Source of the DNA: Octopus sinensis
Lineage: Eukaryota
Reading direction: 5' to 3'
Length of the DNA stretch: 64,000 nucleotides
Assembly (NCBI RefSeq): GCF_006345805.1
Contig: NC_043005.1
Location: 93,806,001 to 93,870,000 of the forward strand
Part shown: piece after piece, positions 1-13,907 of the stretch
Layout of the letters: each line of letters opens with the position of its first letter
Numbering within the stretch: the stretch's first letter is position 1
The notes under the pieces: model-generated
Told to the model about the DNA's origin: nothing
The model's database searches: none
What the model saw: the letters and a program-made list of their open reading frames with translations, nothing else
Made by a program: the position numbers and the translations under genes

Positions 1-1865
1 AATCATTTTGTGAAGTTTAAATGAATAGAACTACTACTACTACTACAATTGCTGCTGTTGGTGTTTCAAGAGAGCAATAAGATTCTGGCCTTGAGCAAGT
101 TACTTTATTCTGCCATGGTAGTTTCACTTTATAAAAGGAGTGAATTGGTTTGCATTTCAATCTAAATTGTCCATTAAGATTTAAAAGGGAGGTTCTTAAC
201 TGGGATAGTAGCACCCCTTTGGAGGGTGAATGTGAGCTGACAAGGAGGTGGTGCTGGTTGCTTTAGAGGGGGTTGTGATTTTTCTTAGAAATAATTTGTT
301 GCTGAGCTACAAAGGTTAAAACTACAGATTTAAAGTAAATAAAATGCAGGATATTGAATGTGGATATCTGATTTTTAAAGGGGACGCTGAACTCAAAGAT
401 GTTTCCAGAAAGTTTAAGACAAGAATCTGCTTTCTTAATGAAGCTAATAAGTCATTGTAGAAAAGAAAAATTAAAAATGCAATATAATTTAGTGATTATA
501 ATACTCTCTTGATTAACAAACAAGCTACATGCATGTAACATAGTCTTCTATGAATTATCTCATTAGCCCACTTCCAATAATAGCAGTTGAATGATTAGAG
601 TGATCTATAAATGGAGATATACTTCCGAGGGACATTGAACATTTTAAATAAATTGAAATAACTCCAACTTGGGAAAGAAACTGGGTCCTAATATAACACT
701 TTCCACCAGAAAATGGCTGTTAAAATAGGACCCACAAAAACATACAACCCTTAAAAAAAAAAAGAGCTTAGATGTAGGCATTGTTAATCAACAAATATGT
801 CTGAAGCAATCCATCTAAAAATATTTCCTTCTGTTAATCGAGTGAAATGCTGTAATAGTTACTTTTGGCCATTAGAATAATCTTGCTTAAAAAAGGGAAA
901 TTAATAATATTTTTGTTTCTAGGATACAGTTAATGTCATTTAAGTTCCAAACTGTAGTTTCAGGTCCAGTCTTACTGCATGGCATCTATAGGTAAGGTTG
1001 ACCAATCACAAGAGCATCTCCTGTTGATGACATGTGATGTCACATCATCATATGGTGTCTTTCATTTCCAGTATCCCTCAAACATCTCGTGATGAGGAAG
1101 GTTGGTGACAAAAAATGCATCCAGCTGCAGCAAACCTGTCTCAATGAATTCCATCTGATCCATGCAAACATGGTAAAAACGGATATTTGCTTCAAGGAAT
1201 ACTTCTATTGACATCTGCAAGTAACTTTTTTTCTTTTACTGTCAGGATAATTGATATTAACAGCATGTATGCTTTAAACATGGCCTCTGTGACTGGGTTA
1301 GTACTTTTGTGGTACACTGTGTATTGCTGCTAGTTTTGTGATACAACCTGAAGTCTAACTTTTTATACAATGAAAGTGTGTGTATGCACATATAATTAAT
1401 TTATTAATTGGCAGAACTTAGTGACCCAAGGGTTGTCTTTTGTGCATTGATAAGTGCCAATCTCTGAAACTCACGGCACTTGAGTTACTCTGACTCCAGT
1501 TAATAAAAAAAATTATACTTGTGTTTTGGATTATATTTGACACAAACAGGAAAATGTGTGTATATATATATACACACTCACATACATAGTGATTTAACAT
1601 CTACTTGTCCACATTTGGCTCAGATGAAAATTTGTTGAGGTAACCCTTTCAGTTTCCAAGCAAGGGGAATACATGACCTGACATGATTTTCACAATGAAC
1701 ACTGCTTGTAATGACAGTGATGCTTGTCAACACACAGATATGAGAGACTTCAATTTCTGTCCACCAAACCCACCCAAGCTACACAACCATGGTGCTGTGC
1801 AGTGGAACTGAACCTGAGTCCACATGACTGTTGGAAAGAAAGTTTCTTAGCAAGCCGCACATATA

Positions 1866-1968
<103 letters not shown>

Positions 1969-4900
1969 AAAGTGAGACCAAACAGAAGCTTGTTTATACA
2001 TTTCAAGAAAACAATTTTCACGATTGTTAAGAGCAAGCTCGTGTGTCTGTATTTTAATTTTTCTTAAAAGCATCAAACTCATCTTCAGTAACTTTGGAAG
2101 CCCTGTCCTGAATTTTCACAACCTGGAATAAGTTTTGAATAATCACAGCAATACATGCTGTAGGATATATAAGCTTACAACTTGAAGAGGGGAGCACCAG
2201 GTGTCTGATATGTTATATAAACGTTGTCTTTCTGATATATATATATAATCACAGTAGCTGTGTTAGTTCAGATTTGAATTTAGCTCTAGAAAAATGCTTG
2301 GCACACGTAGTTCACCTGCACTTTCAATTTTAATAGAATACATTACAAACAACGACGTTTATTAAAATCCATCTCTTGTTGTTCAATATAATCTCAAAGG
2401 AATAAATATCGAGAAACTGTTGAAGTGTCTGAAAATAGATGCTTGGACAATTGTCTCAACACACAAAGACAAACTGCTTCAGTTTCACAAGATATGTTTT
2501 TACTATGTACAAAAATCATTCATTGACAGTTAAATGTGTTCAGAGAATATAGAGGTTGGAAAGTATTTCAAAGCTGTTCACTTTTAGTGTTCCTTTAATC
2601 AAAATAGTTTTTGTTCTCTATTCTGTAATGAACATGGGCTCAAAGAAGAAAATTAAATAAATATGGTAGTGAAGGTTAAATGCTTGAGTGACAACATAAA
2701 CGACTTCATTGTCCTTCTTAAAGATGGGAAGATTAATCCTGAAGGGTGGTCATGGTAAGTAAGCCTCTCTTATCCAGTCTGTATTGTGTCATGTGTGCTA
2801 TTTAAGTCATATTAAGATGAGAGATTTCCCTCCCCAGTAGACAGAAATACATTTTGTTAACGACAAAACCCTGAAAAGTTTATAATCACTCAGATGGTCA
2901 TCGTTTAACATCTGCTGATTCACACTTTTCCCATTCTAAGATGTTTTGAACAAAAATATTTATTGTACAGTTTCCCCATCTGTGCAGACAGTTCATGAAC
3001 TAATCCGATATTTTTAAACTTCTCTTCAACCTTGATAATTTATATTTTTTCTCATTTTATTATTTCTCTTTTCATTCATTCTTTCCCGTAACCTCTTGGC
3101 ATTGATTTATAAATAATAATTTTGATCAGAAACTTAATTTTAAGGGAAAGAAGATAGTGAATATAATTTATACCAGAATAAATTACTGGTATCATTATCA
3201 TCAATCTCTTAAGTATGAAAGACTTTTAAGTTTGGTGCTTCTCTTTTGAGAATGTAACTATCATCATGGACCTTCAGTTAATTTAAGTAAAAGGGCAAGG
3301 AAATGAATTCACTTCATAGACTCTAACCAGTTCATCATGGCTAGGACTTGATTTCATCAACCTGCAGGGGGAATTAAAAGGCAAAATTGATTGTGGCAGG
3401 ATTTTAACTCAGAATATAAAGAGAAATATAGTTTTGCCCAACACTAATGGTTCTGTCAATCCACCCCACCTCCCTAATAATAAATTAGTTATAAAACTTC
3501 TTAATACTGAGTAAAGGATGACTTTCTTGACAGCATTAGGTCCCTGGGTGAAGTAATTCCTACAAGAGATTATATCAAGTTTGAACTCAGTCTCACCACA
3601 TGGCCACCAGAGATGTTAATTAGCAAAGTTTTATATATATTAGACATCAAGTCTGAGATTTTAATGATGTTGAGAGGAGGGGCATTTTTTTTCTTGTTCC
3701 TCGCCACTTATTTAATGTAACTGAAATAATTTCATTTGTATGGAAACCTAAATTATACAACTTCCAACTGTATTACAGCACAACCAAATAAGGATTTCTT
3801 ACACCAGCTCAGTCATGAATTTGGGGAATAAAACTTAGCGTATGACTGGTATTTATTAACCAGCAGACAGAGAAGTCAATCAGTTGACAACCTGGCAATA
3901 ATCTGAAATGTAAAGGGACATAACTACAGTCAATCTGCTTCAACTGTTTGTTAACCACTGTCTGATACAAGGTGGGGTCAGTCTGCTCCCACTTTGCAGC
4001 TATAGATTTGACAGCAGAGAAAGGAATGCAACTAAGTATAGAAAGGTGTGTACACATATAATTTGATGCTCTATTTCTGCCTCTTATTCTTGTTCACTCT
4101 TAATAATGGCTTCAAATTTTGGCACAAGGCCAGCAGTTTTTGTACATCAACTCCTGAGGCTCAATTTATTTGATTCTGAAAAAGGTAAAAGGATAAGTTG
4201 ACCGTTTCAGAATTTGAACTCAGAACGTAAAGAACTGAAAGAGATTCTAAGCATTTCATCCAATGTATTAAGGATTCTGCCAGTTTGCTGCCTTTCTGTT
4301 CATTCCTAAAAAATAAAGAATTTCTATTCTACAGTTTCAGGGAAGATGTAACCAATGAGTTCAGCGCTTGATTGGAACTTTGCTTCTCACCCTTCCCTCG
4401 AGATGGCTGTGTTGGAAGAATTTTGCTTCTCAACGCTATAACTCTTCGTTCAGGGTCTTTTACTAAAACTCTAGGCACACCAAAGCTTTGAGAGTAGATT
4501 TGATAGATGGAAACTGAAAGAAGCCCATTGTATGTTTGTGTTTGGTATTGGTTGTTTATAAATATGTAATTTAGAGGTTCAGCAAAAAAGAGGCTTAAAA
4601 AAAAAGTACTGGGGTTGATTTGTTAGAGTAAATCCTTCAAGATAGTGCCTCAGCATGGCCACAGTCTGACTGAAAACAGGTAAAAGTCTCCATTGGGACT
4701 TGAACTCCAGACCAGAGAAGGGGACCAAGCTAAAATACTTCACTCAATAATGGTTTCTAATTTAGGAACAAGGTCAGCAACTTTGATGGTGTTAAGACAA
4801 TTTCCTCGACCCTTGTACTTGGGGGCTGAAGGGATGAAAGGCAAAGTTGACTCCAGCAGGATTGGAATAAATACCACAAGACATTTTGTCAATTACACCA

Positions 4901-5922
4901 CCATTAATATTTCTTCCTAATTTTGGCAAAAAGTCAAGTTTTGAAAGGAGGAAGCCAGTCGATTACAGCTCAACACCACACTCCTGGACTAGTACTTTAA
5001 AGTTATTGACCCTAAAAGGATAAAAGAGAAAGTTGACATGGCAGGATTTGAACTCAGAAAGTGAAGAGCTGAAAGCATATTGTTTGCACAAATGATTCTG
5101 CCAACTTTCTGCCTTTTACCCCTTTTAATAAAATATTTAAACCATGGAAAAGATAAATATTAGGAATGTACTCCCCCACCACTTTTAAACTGATTCTGAG
5201 AATATTAGTTCTAGTGTTACTTGTGTGTGTGTGTGTGTGTGTGTGAGAATAGCTGCCATGTCTTGAGCCACAGAATATTGGCGAACTGGTAATGGCAGAC
5301 AAGCAGAAAGGATCACAGACGTAATATTGAAAACATTCACACCAATGTACAGTCTCTCAGTCAACAAACAGATTAATAAAAGATATATATATATATATAT
5401 ATATATGTACATACACACATATATTAAAAACAAGTCTTTTACACAGGTTAAATGTTTGTGATCAGAGACGGGAGGGGGGGTCTCACACAACATAGTTTAT
5501 GAAAGCCCTGAAAGGATGATATTCATGATGATGATGATAATGGTTTTTTTTTTTTTTCTTTTTTAATATATAAGCATGAAATCTTAAGCCACAAGCTTTA
5601 TGTGTTACCCCCCAAGAACATAACTGCTTGCTGTCAGATAAGATATTTGTGAAGCAGGTGCTGCTAGGAATTCTCAATATTTTAAACATTTTGGCATGGC
5701 ACCTCTTTGAAGAATCAAGATGATAATTACTTCTTAAAAAGTTCTGAAATTTTTTCCTCAAGGATATTTTGTGATTCCTGTGAATCTGTTCCCAGTGTGA
5801 AAGGGTCATTGAGATCATCAGCATCTTACCTCTCCACCTCACCTGCCACACACAACAACAATACACTATTTAAAAAGAAACCCCCTAAATGTGGCATGAT
5901 GATGATGCTGCTATGATGGTGT

Positions 5923-6041
5923 TCATTCATCATACTCATTCACAAGGAAGTGGAATACAAACAATGCTTTCTTTTCTGCGTATTCCTGAGAATTTCTCTC
6001 CGATTTGAGTGGACGTAAAAACAGGTGGCCAAAAATGGAGG
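5923..6041 (-). CDS. OCRL: OCRL-like last coding exon (ASIFGHLFLRPLKSERNSQEYAEKKALFVFHFLVNEYDE*)
   Basis: tttccag acceptor, phase 1 fits the previous exon, TGA stop at 5925-5923. Acidic C-terminus with no CaaX. Confidence 0.92.
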
Positions 6042-6984
6042 CTGGAAATAGAAAAGTAACATGGGTTTACTTGAATTTGTCTTTATACTAAATTAATTAA
6101 ATGTCTAATATTATAGAACATCATCATGTAATCTATTGGGAAGAGTGTTTAATTAAAACCCCAGTTAATGGAAACATATGATCGTAATTTTGTGTCCCTT
6201 TTACACTCATTAGTCCTCTATACTCTCAGGGTAGCAGGGGTATAAAATTTTATAAACATTCTATAAGGGATATTTTGATAAGCATAGAAGAAATCAATAA
6301 CAATTTTCAGTATAAGAGAAACGATGTTATATTAGTTCTAGTTTTCTTATATGTGTTCAACTTTAAAAGCTGTTAAACTAGACTTGAGAATATAAAAGAA
6401 TTGAGAAAATTTTAAGAGTCTACTCCCATACAGTTAAAACGTGCATGCTTTGTGTATACACAGCAAAGAAAAGGGGTTTATAGATTGGAGCTGGAGGAAG
6501 AAGGGGTGAGAAAGCTAAGAAAAAGAAAGTCAGAGGATGAAATGATGTCTACTTTGCTAAGAAGGGCATGACCCTTTGCCCAGCCATAACAAGAGTATCC
6601 TCTTCATATTTCTAAAATATGTTAAGGTCTTAAACCAAATTGACAATAACCATTACTTTTGCTAATTGTTTTGTGTAGTTGTGAGCAGGCATTAAGCCTT
6701 TCACTCAGGTTCTAGAGAGAGAGAGAGCCAGTTGCTTTGTGTTTTCAACTGAGAAGACGAGTAATGAAGTATCTTGCTCAAGAACACAAAGAATCATCCT
6801 GTTGAAGAATGGAACTGATGATCTTATGATTGTGAAGCCCAAACCCTAACCACTGAACCATCTGTCTTCATAGATCCAACTCATAGTCAAAATAGACAAA
6901 CTTTGAGAATTCTACCTGAAGGTTTGAATTGAAGAAATAATAGAATGAAACAAATTTTCTCATGTTAGTTGTATTTTCAGTTCA

Positions 6985-9900
6985 GTGGGACCTCTTGGCA
7001 CAACTTGTACATGAAACGTTTGTGTTCCTTGTTTCTTCACAACTATAGCTGGAACCTAACGTGGATCTTGGTTTCTCGTTGGTTCAAAATACAGAGCATA
7101 GCATGGATCACTGACTTGAAATCGATTGGAAGTTTGAAGTACGTCTCTCTCAGTAGTCCTTTTCAATTTGGATTGGGCCAAATGAACTGGAGATGGAAGC
7201 AAGACCTCAATCTTGGTGCGTAATTGACAACTGTTGAGTAATTCACTTGGCGAGTTGCCACTAGTGGTAGGTGTTCTCCTGAATTGCATCAAGAATTCCA
7301 ACAAAGCTTCTTTAGGTGTTTTGGAAGACTTTCATAACACTTGCCTGAAAGTTTGAAGCAAGCGCTTGAAGGGTGATAGGGAGCTTCCGTTAGATGAACA
7401 ATGCTTCTCTCCTTACAGTAGTTTTGAAATTCTTCAGAAGTAAAGCAGGTGGCATTGTCGGACACGATGGTATGTAGATATCCAAAGTGTGCAAAATCTT
7501 CTTCTAACAAATCCACTGTAGTCTTACTGGAAACTGAAGTAGTGGCATGGCTACGAGGGTATTTAGTGTATGCATCAGTGCCTACTAACCAGTTATGCCC
7601 CATAAAGTTGATGGCATGATTTACATGCAGACGAGAGCAAGGCTTTTCGGGCATTATCCATGGATGAATTGCTGGTTTAGGTGGTGCCTTTCTGTGTTCA
7701 CAGCAAGAAGTGCAGTGGTGGCAAAGATTCATGATTTCTGCATCAATGTTTGGCCTGTATACTGTCGTCCACGCTAATTGCTTCATTTGTTGCATACCGA
7801 GATGATGTGTGTAGCAGATGTAAGATTCGTTTTCGTAGACTGGTAGGAATGACTAGTCTCGTGCCGTACAGTAAACATCCATGACATATGCTCAAAGATT
7901 GGGAAAGCTTTTGGAATTGCTCTACTGGATCATCAGAGTCAAGACATAAAGGCCAATCTTCTCGTGTAAAATGCATCACTTGTGATGAAACTGGATCTGT
8001 AGAGGACTCCTTTATGCCTAAAGTCGGATCTGTAGGCTGGACTTGTAAATTAATCGCTTCAATTGCACACACAATGTCAGTATCATCCATGTCTTCCTCC
8101 CCATCAGAGATGGAGTCCTCTCCAACAGGAAGGCGGCTAAGAGCATCTGCATTCTGATGAAGGGTGCTTTTTCGATATTCTATGACATAGGAAAATTGGT
8201 TGAGAAAGAGTGCCCAGCAAGTCAAACCTGGCACCGGCTTGTTAGGACCAAAAATTAACAGGAGTGGTTTATGATTCATTACCAGAATGAATGATCTGCC
8301 AAAAATGTACTGATAAAACTTGTTTAGAGCAAAAACTATTGCCAGGGCCTCCTTTTGTATTTGGCTGTAATTGCGTTGAGATGCAGAAAGGAGCTTGGAG
8401 ACGTTAGCAATTGGTTTTTCATCTCCACTTGAATTATTATTCAAAGTGGCTCCAATACCAATACTGGATGTGTCACATGCTATTCTCAACGGCACAGCAG
8501 GATCAAAATGAGTCAGAACTGAATCGGATGTAAGGGGGTCATTCAACCTCAAGAAAGCGGCTTGTTCCGCTTCACCCCAATTCCACTCAACTTCATTCGC
8601 AAGAGTCTGTAGAAAAACTAGGAGGCAAAATCTTTGAATAGAATTGCACTGATCCCCAAAATGACTGCAATGCAGATAACTCCTTAGGTGCCGGCATGTT
8701 GATGACAGCATCTACTTGGAGACCTTTCGAAAAGCCTTGTTTGGAAAGTATGTGTCCCAAATATTCCATTGACACTTCTCTCTGCGACATCAAAGACTTT
8801 TCCCTGTAGACACTGAAGTAAATGTTTCAGGTTCTGTAAGTGAGATTCTGCATCCGGACCAATATGTCATCTAAGTAGACACCAACACCTGGTAGATCGC
8901 TCGTGATGTCATCCATTATCTTTTGAAAATACCCGGGGTCTGAAGAAATTCCGAATGGCAACACATTTTTAAGTAATACTCCTCGGTGAGTGCTTAAAGC
9001 CAGACGTCTTCGACTCTCTGGAGCAAGCTTAATTTGGTTGTAAGCATCTGTGAGATCAATTTTTGTGAATCCATGACCTCCTCCTAATTTTTGCATCAGA
9101 TCTTCTGGTGATGGAAGCAGATGTTGATGAGTTTCCAGCTGAGGATTTACTGTCACAGAATAATCACCACAAATTCATAAGGGTGAACCTGCAGTTGGTG
9201 ACATCTGTTTCTTTTGGACTGGAACAACCGGACTAACCCATTCATTGATTTGAACTGGAGTCCAAATTCCTTTCTTTATGCCAGCCTTAATAGCTTGAGT
9301 TAAATCAGCTTGGAGAGCGAAAGGAACAGACCTTGGTTTGCAGAAAACAGGTTTAACATTGGATTTGAAATGCACATCCAGCTCAAAACCTTGAAGACAG
9401 CCCAACTCTGGCTTGAACAACTCTGCATACTCATTGCAAAGTTTCAAACATGAATCTTGCAAATGTGCATCTACTTCATGGAGATGAGAAGATAGCACCT
9501 TTACTTCCATGTTAGATTCCCTGGAAAACAGAAGATCGTCAATCGAAATCTTTAGCTTCATAATGGCATCTCATCCTAATAAGTTCAAGTTGTGAATTTT
9601 GGAAACATGGTACATGATGATACAAGTTTTATCAGTACGGGGTTCAACACTAGTTTGGCCACTGAAATTTCTAGACTTCTTACTATATTACCAGCATTAC
9701 TAGGATTTTGCAACTGTGCTTTCTTTCAGCATACTGACTCTAAGTGCCTTTGAATCTTGCAATAATTACAAGTAGCATTTTTGAAACGGCAACCGGGAGC
9801 AAGTTGAGAAGTTTTCCGACTTTTTACCTGTAGATTTAAAACATTTAACCTTTTGTATCTGCGTAGTAATAGAACCGTAGACGGTTTTTTTAGCAACTTT

Positions 9901-10690
9901 AGCCGCATCCTTTGTCTCAATAGCTATTTCGATGGCTCGATTGAATGTAAGTTCATCGGTGTTGATTTTGAAAAGCGCTTGTAGCACAGCTTCGTTGTTG
10001 ACTGAGCAAATGAAACGTGTTGGCAACGTTTCGTCCAATGGATCCTTGATTGACGTAAAATCACAGGTAGCAGCAGCCTGGCAATTACGAGTAGCTAATT
10101 CTTGAATTGACTCACCCACTTTGCACTTCATGTCGCTCCTGAAGTGAAATCTCTCACACACAACAAATCGTTTCGGATCAAATTGTTGCTTCATGTAGTC
10201 GGAGATTTGGTCCATCGTAAGATCATTGATGTCTCTTGGTGGTGTTTCTTGTGCCTCCAGATTGGATAACATCTTGTACACGGTAGAAGATTGATTAGTA
10301 AAGAAAACTTTTGGTTTCTTACTGTTAGGTACTGAATGCGCCTTGGTAAAAGTGCAAAACCTTGACCAGTGGTCAGTCCATAGCTCCGTAGTAGAATCAA
10401 ATGCAGAATAACTGGGCGTGGCAACTTGAGAAGTAGAAACGACAGACTCAAACCCAGCACTTGTGAAAGGTTTTCCAATCATCTCTTGTAAGATTTTCAT
10501 TTCCTCTTCATGATGGCACTGTTGTTCTTTACTTTGTCCTTCGTAACAGTGTTCTTGATCTTCCAAGAGTTTCTCTTGAATGGAAATTTGTTGTTGTAGA
10601 AGTTTGACAAGATTCTCCATTTCGTTATGTAGGGTAAGCAATGCTGATTAAATCAAACAGCAGATCTCATCCTTGTCGCCAAAATAACTC
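6985..10690 (-). mobile_element. Degenerate Ty3/Gypsy LTR retrotransposon (gag-RT-RNaseH-integrase), apparently 3'-truncated
   Basis: Gag ORF 9766-10641 and a CxxC-H-C knuckle in 9726-9920. RT YLDD in 8827-9156. RNase H CDTS..YSQIQKEALA in 7743-8711. Integrase HHCC/DDE in 7056-7795. PBS-like TGGCGAC at 10681-10675. Many frameshifts, no LTR pair found. Confidence 0.9.
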
Positions 10691-10947
10691 TATTATAGTT
10701 TAATACAGAATTATCCATGTGAAGGCCCACCCAGCAATAATGCAGTTAACATGTGAGAAATATATACTCAAAAATACACACTGATTAAAGCAGAACCCAA
10801 AAATCCATGTGCAAAACAAAGCAGTATGCAAATTATTTGTACAAATTAACAAAATACAAATACATTTACTAAACAAGACAAAGTCACCAAAGTATCAGTT
10901 CGATACCGAGTCAGAACACGATATAATAAAAAATAAAAAAATCTCAC

Positions 10948-11059
10948 CAAGAGTTTTGGGATCCAAATTATTAGCTTCCGAATGTTCTAAGAGCTCTCGC
11001 AGGAATGCACATATGTACTTGAAGACAGTTCGATTATGTTCAGGAATTGAACTAAGAAC
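10948..11059 (-). CDS. OCRL: OCRL-like RhoGAP-like exon (VLSSIPEHNRTVFKYICAFLRELLEHSEANNLDPKTL)
   Basis: ctcatcag acceptor, TTG|gtgaga donor, 112 nt. AFLRELL motif. Confidence 0.95.
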
Positions 11060-11449
11060 CTGATGAGAAAATAAAATAAAAATACAAAAGATCAGCTTTG
11101 AAAGAGAAAAAAAATGTCAGGTCTTTCATTTTATACATTTCAACTTTTTTTCTTATGATGACCGAAATAAATTTAAATATTAGGAAACCTAACTGTGAGA
11201 GGAAGTTATAAAAAGGTAAACATACTCCACATATGCTTTTGATGTGTGGAAAAAGGAGAAAAGAAGGTGGGGAGACAGCTGACATAGTGTTTTGCAGTTT
11301 GTTGACTGCTGCCAAGAGGAGAGGCACCTCGTTTTCTTTCCACAAGCTTTGTTGGCTGTCCAGTAATGATTAATTTGTTGAGATAAGATCATGATATTAA
11401 TTTGGTTGCTACTGTCAGGAAAGTCATCAGTACTTCATAAAGAGTTTAA

Positions 11450-13665
11450 TGGCTCTGCTTTTTAGTTTAAAGAAGCGGTAGAGAGGTGGATTAAGGAAGG
11501 TGTCCTTATCCCATTGAAGGAGGAGGTTGTGAGTGCAATGCTACCTTTAATGGCAGTGGTACTGGACTTTCGGGAGATGAGTGGCCATGCATCGTGCCAC
11601 ACATGTGGCGAGGCGACTGATGTCCACTGTGAGACACTGTGCATATGGAGACAGTCAACTAAGGCAGCAACGATTGTCGACTTGAAGTCAGCATATTTGC
11701 AGCTCCATGTGAGTGACAAACTATGGCCGTATCAGCTGGTGTGATACAAGGGACAGACAAGGCTGGGTTTTGGGCTGAATTCTGTGCTGAAGAACATGGC
11801 AAGAGTGCTCAAATCTATCCTGGGAAAGGTGGCTAGATACGAAGGGCCACTAATTCCTATAAAGATGACATCTGAAGAAATTCAAGCTGATTGCAAGGCC
11901 ACCAGAACCAATGGTTGGCGGAGCTGCACTGAAGCTTCAAAGAGACAGAACAGGCATGTTGGTGTTTTGGAGGAGGAATGAGATCCTGGAGTTGGGTACC
12001 AACGTCAGCAGGAGAGAACTGGGGTGAAGAGGGGACAGCGGTGATGATGCAGGAAATCCTAAAGAGGATGAGAGCGGAAGACCCAGTCAGAAGGAACTGA
12101 TATGTGCCCAAATCGGATAACGGGACCATATGGTGTGATGCTTGCAGCATTGCAATAGGAGTTGTGTTGGAAATCGGAGGTGCTGAAGTGGAGAACACAG
12201 CCTGGCTTCGAAAAGCAGACAATTACAACCATATCAATATTGCTGGGTTGGATGCAGTGCTGAAAGGAGTGAATTTGACCTTGAGATGGGAAGTGTGCTC
12301 CATCGAAATCCAGATAGATTCGGCCACCGTGCTTAGCTGTGTAGGGTCGGTGATCATCAATGAGAAAAAGGTTCAAACCAAAGGAGAGCTGGTTGCCAAT
12401 TACAGCCTGAAGCTGAATGTAGTCTTTGTGCCTTCAGAGAGAAACAAGGTAGATGTCCAAACTAGGGTGAAAAAGGCCTGGTTAGGGGAAGAATCGAAGA
12501 AAGGGGTAGACTCCGAACTAAGGAGACTACATGCCAGGCGTGATAAGGGTGTGGATAGGACCCTGTATTTCGCCAGGAGGATTGACACTGATGTTACTAG
12601 ACAGAGCATCCGAAAAAGTGGTTGGGAACTGTGACAGGTGTCCATCCATCAACCCTGCTCCAGGTGTGCATGAGCAGGGAAACATCTTGGTAGAGCACAA
12701 CTGGAGATGACTGGCAGTGGGTGTAGCACACTACAGGAAGGGGACGTACCTTTCAATGGTTAACTGTGGGAATTGAGGGCAGGCACTGCAGACGAGATGG
12801 TACATATTGTAAATGAGGTATTTTTAGAGCGGAGCCCTGTGGACAAATTGCTGATGGACAATAGGTGGAAAATGCACTGCTTTTTCAGAGCGGCATACAG
12901 GCCAAGTGTAAATGGGATCATGGAAAGACATCAAGGAACGATCAAGGCCATGGCGGAAAAGGGACACATCTCACCGCTAGAAGCAGTATTCTGGTACAAC
13001 AGGTTGCCCTGATCAGGACAGGCCGAAGAGTCCGTGCTACATAGAGTGATATTCAAATATGAATGGCAGCATCCAAGTAAACCATTGGGATGCCTTGTGG
13101 AAGAGAGAGAGGGCCTGTCTTTATGGAGGTGGGAAATGAAGTCTGGGTGAAGTCGCCAAAGGCATTGCTGCACAACTCAGTGGAACAAAGGAATAGTGAT
13201 GGCTGTCGATTCCAAAAACATTTCTGTGGATGGAATGCTGTGTCACATGTTGGGTGTTCGTAAGATTGATGCTTTGTTAGATGCTGATTGTGGAGAAGAG
13301 GAAGAGAATAAGATTCCCATCTTAAGAAGATCACAACATAAAAGGTGGGTGATAGATTTCGACATAGTGAAGTGAGGCGGTGATCTTTGAGATTGGGGGG
13401 ATGTGTGGGGATGAGCCAAAAGAAGAGGAAGCATGAGAAGGGAAGTTGGAGGAGAGAGGTGAGTGCTGGCCACTTATTGCTTGCCAGAGGCATCATGAAT
13501 GGACATTAGGGAATTCGCTCCCAGGTTGGTCAGATAGCAGCTGCTTATATTGGGTGACAGGGGTAGGGCAGGATCATCAGAGAGATTACTGCTAGACAAG
13601 TGTTGACGAGAAGAAGGTAGGTGAACCTCTTTTCATTTCCCATGCATGACAAAAACATACATACA
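11450..13665 (+). mobile_element. Second degenerate LTR retroelement (RT-RNaseH-integrase order) with probable PPT and 3' LTR
   Basis: RT fragment IVDLKSAYLQL and LGFGLNS in 11514-11800. RNase H WCDA..HINIAGLDA..IDS in 12104-12634. Integrase LLMDN..YRPSVNGIMERH in 12773-13012. Purine tract at 13389-13401 followed by TG. Ends are approximate. Confidence 0.8.
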
Positions 13666-13779
13666 GGTGTAATCTCATAATTTCTCTCTCTGACACACAT
13701 GTTATATAAGAATTACTTTAACAAGAATTAAGACAAAAACATTGTACATGTTAAACATTTTCAAAGACAAATTTCTTAC

Positions 13780-13907
13780 ATGTCGGGAGTAATTGTAGTT
13801 GTTGCTGACTTGAAGGCATTTGTGGAAAACATGACATGGAATCACAGGTTCTGGCAGACACCTCAGGAACAATATCAAAGCACTGGTCACAGAATGGATA
13901 CTACCAG
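13780..13907 (-). CDS. OCRL: OCRL-like RhoGAP-like exon (PGSIHSVTSALILFLRCLPEPVIPCHVFHKCLQVSNNYNYSRH)
   Basis: ttctttgac-tgtaatgtag acceptor, CAT|gtaaga donor, 128 nt. PGSxHSV and LPEPVI motifs. Confidence 0.93.

Noticed and set aside
2663-2754. Possible plus-strand exon (MVVKVKCLSD...EGWS|gtaagt)
   Set aside because: It has a good donor but no acceptor, partner exons or recognisable homology.
3809-4057. Alternative last exon of the phosphatase gene (AAKWEQTDPTLYQ...)
   Set aside because: It has an AG acceptor but no family similarity. Exon 5923-6041 already supplies the conserved end and stop.
2300-5922. 3' UTR extent and poly(A) signal
   Set aside because: There are several minus-strand AATAAA (4165, 3852, about 2358), one inside a repeat. 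I cannot choose among them without 3' reads.
11190-11450. 5' LTR of the second LTR element
   Set aside because: It shares only a short atgtgtgg match with 13401 onward, with no alignable repeat.
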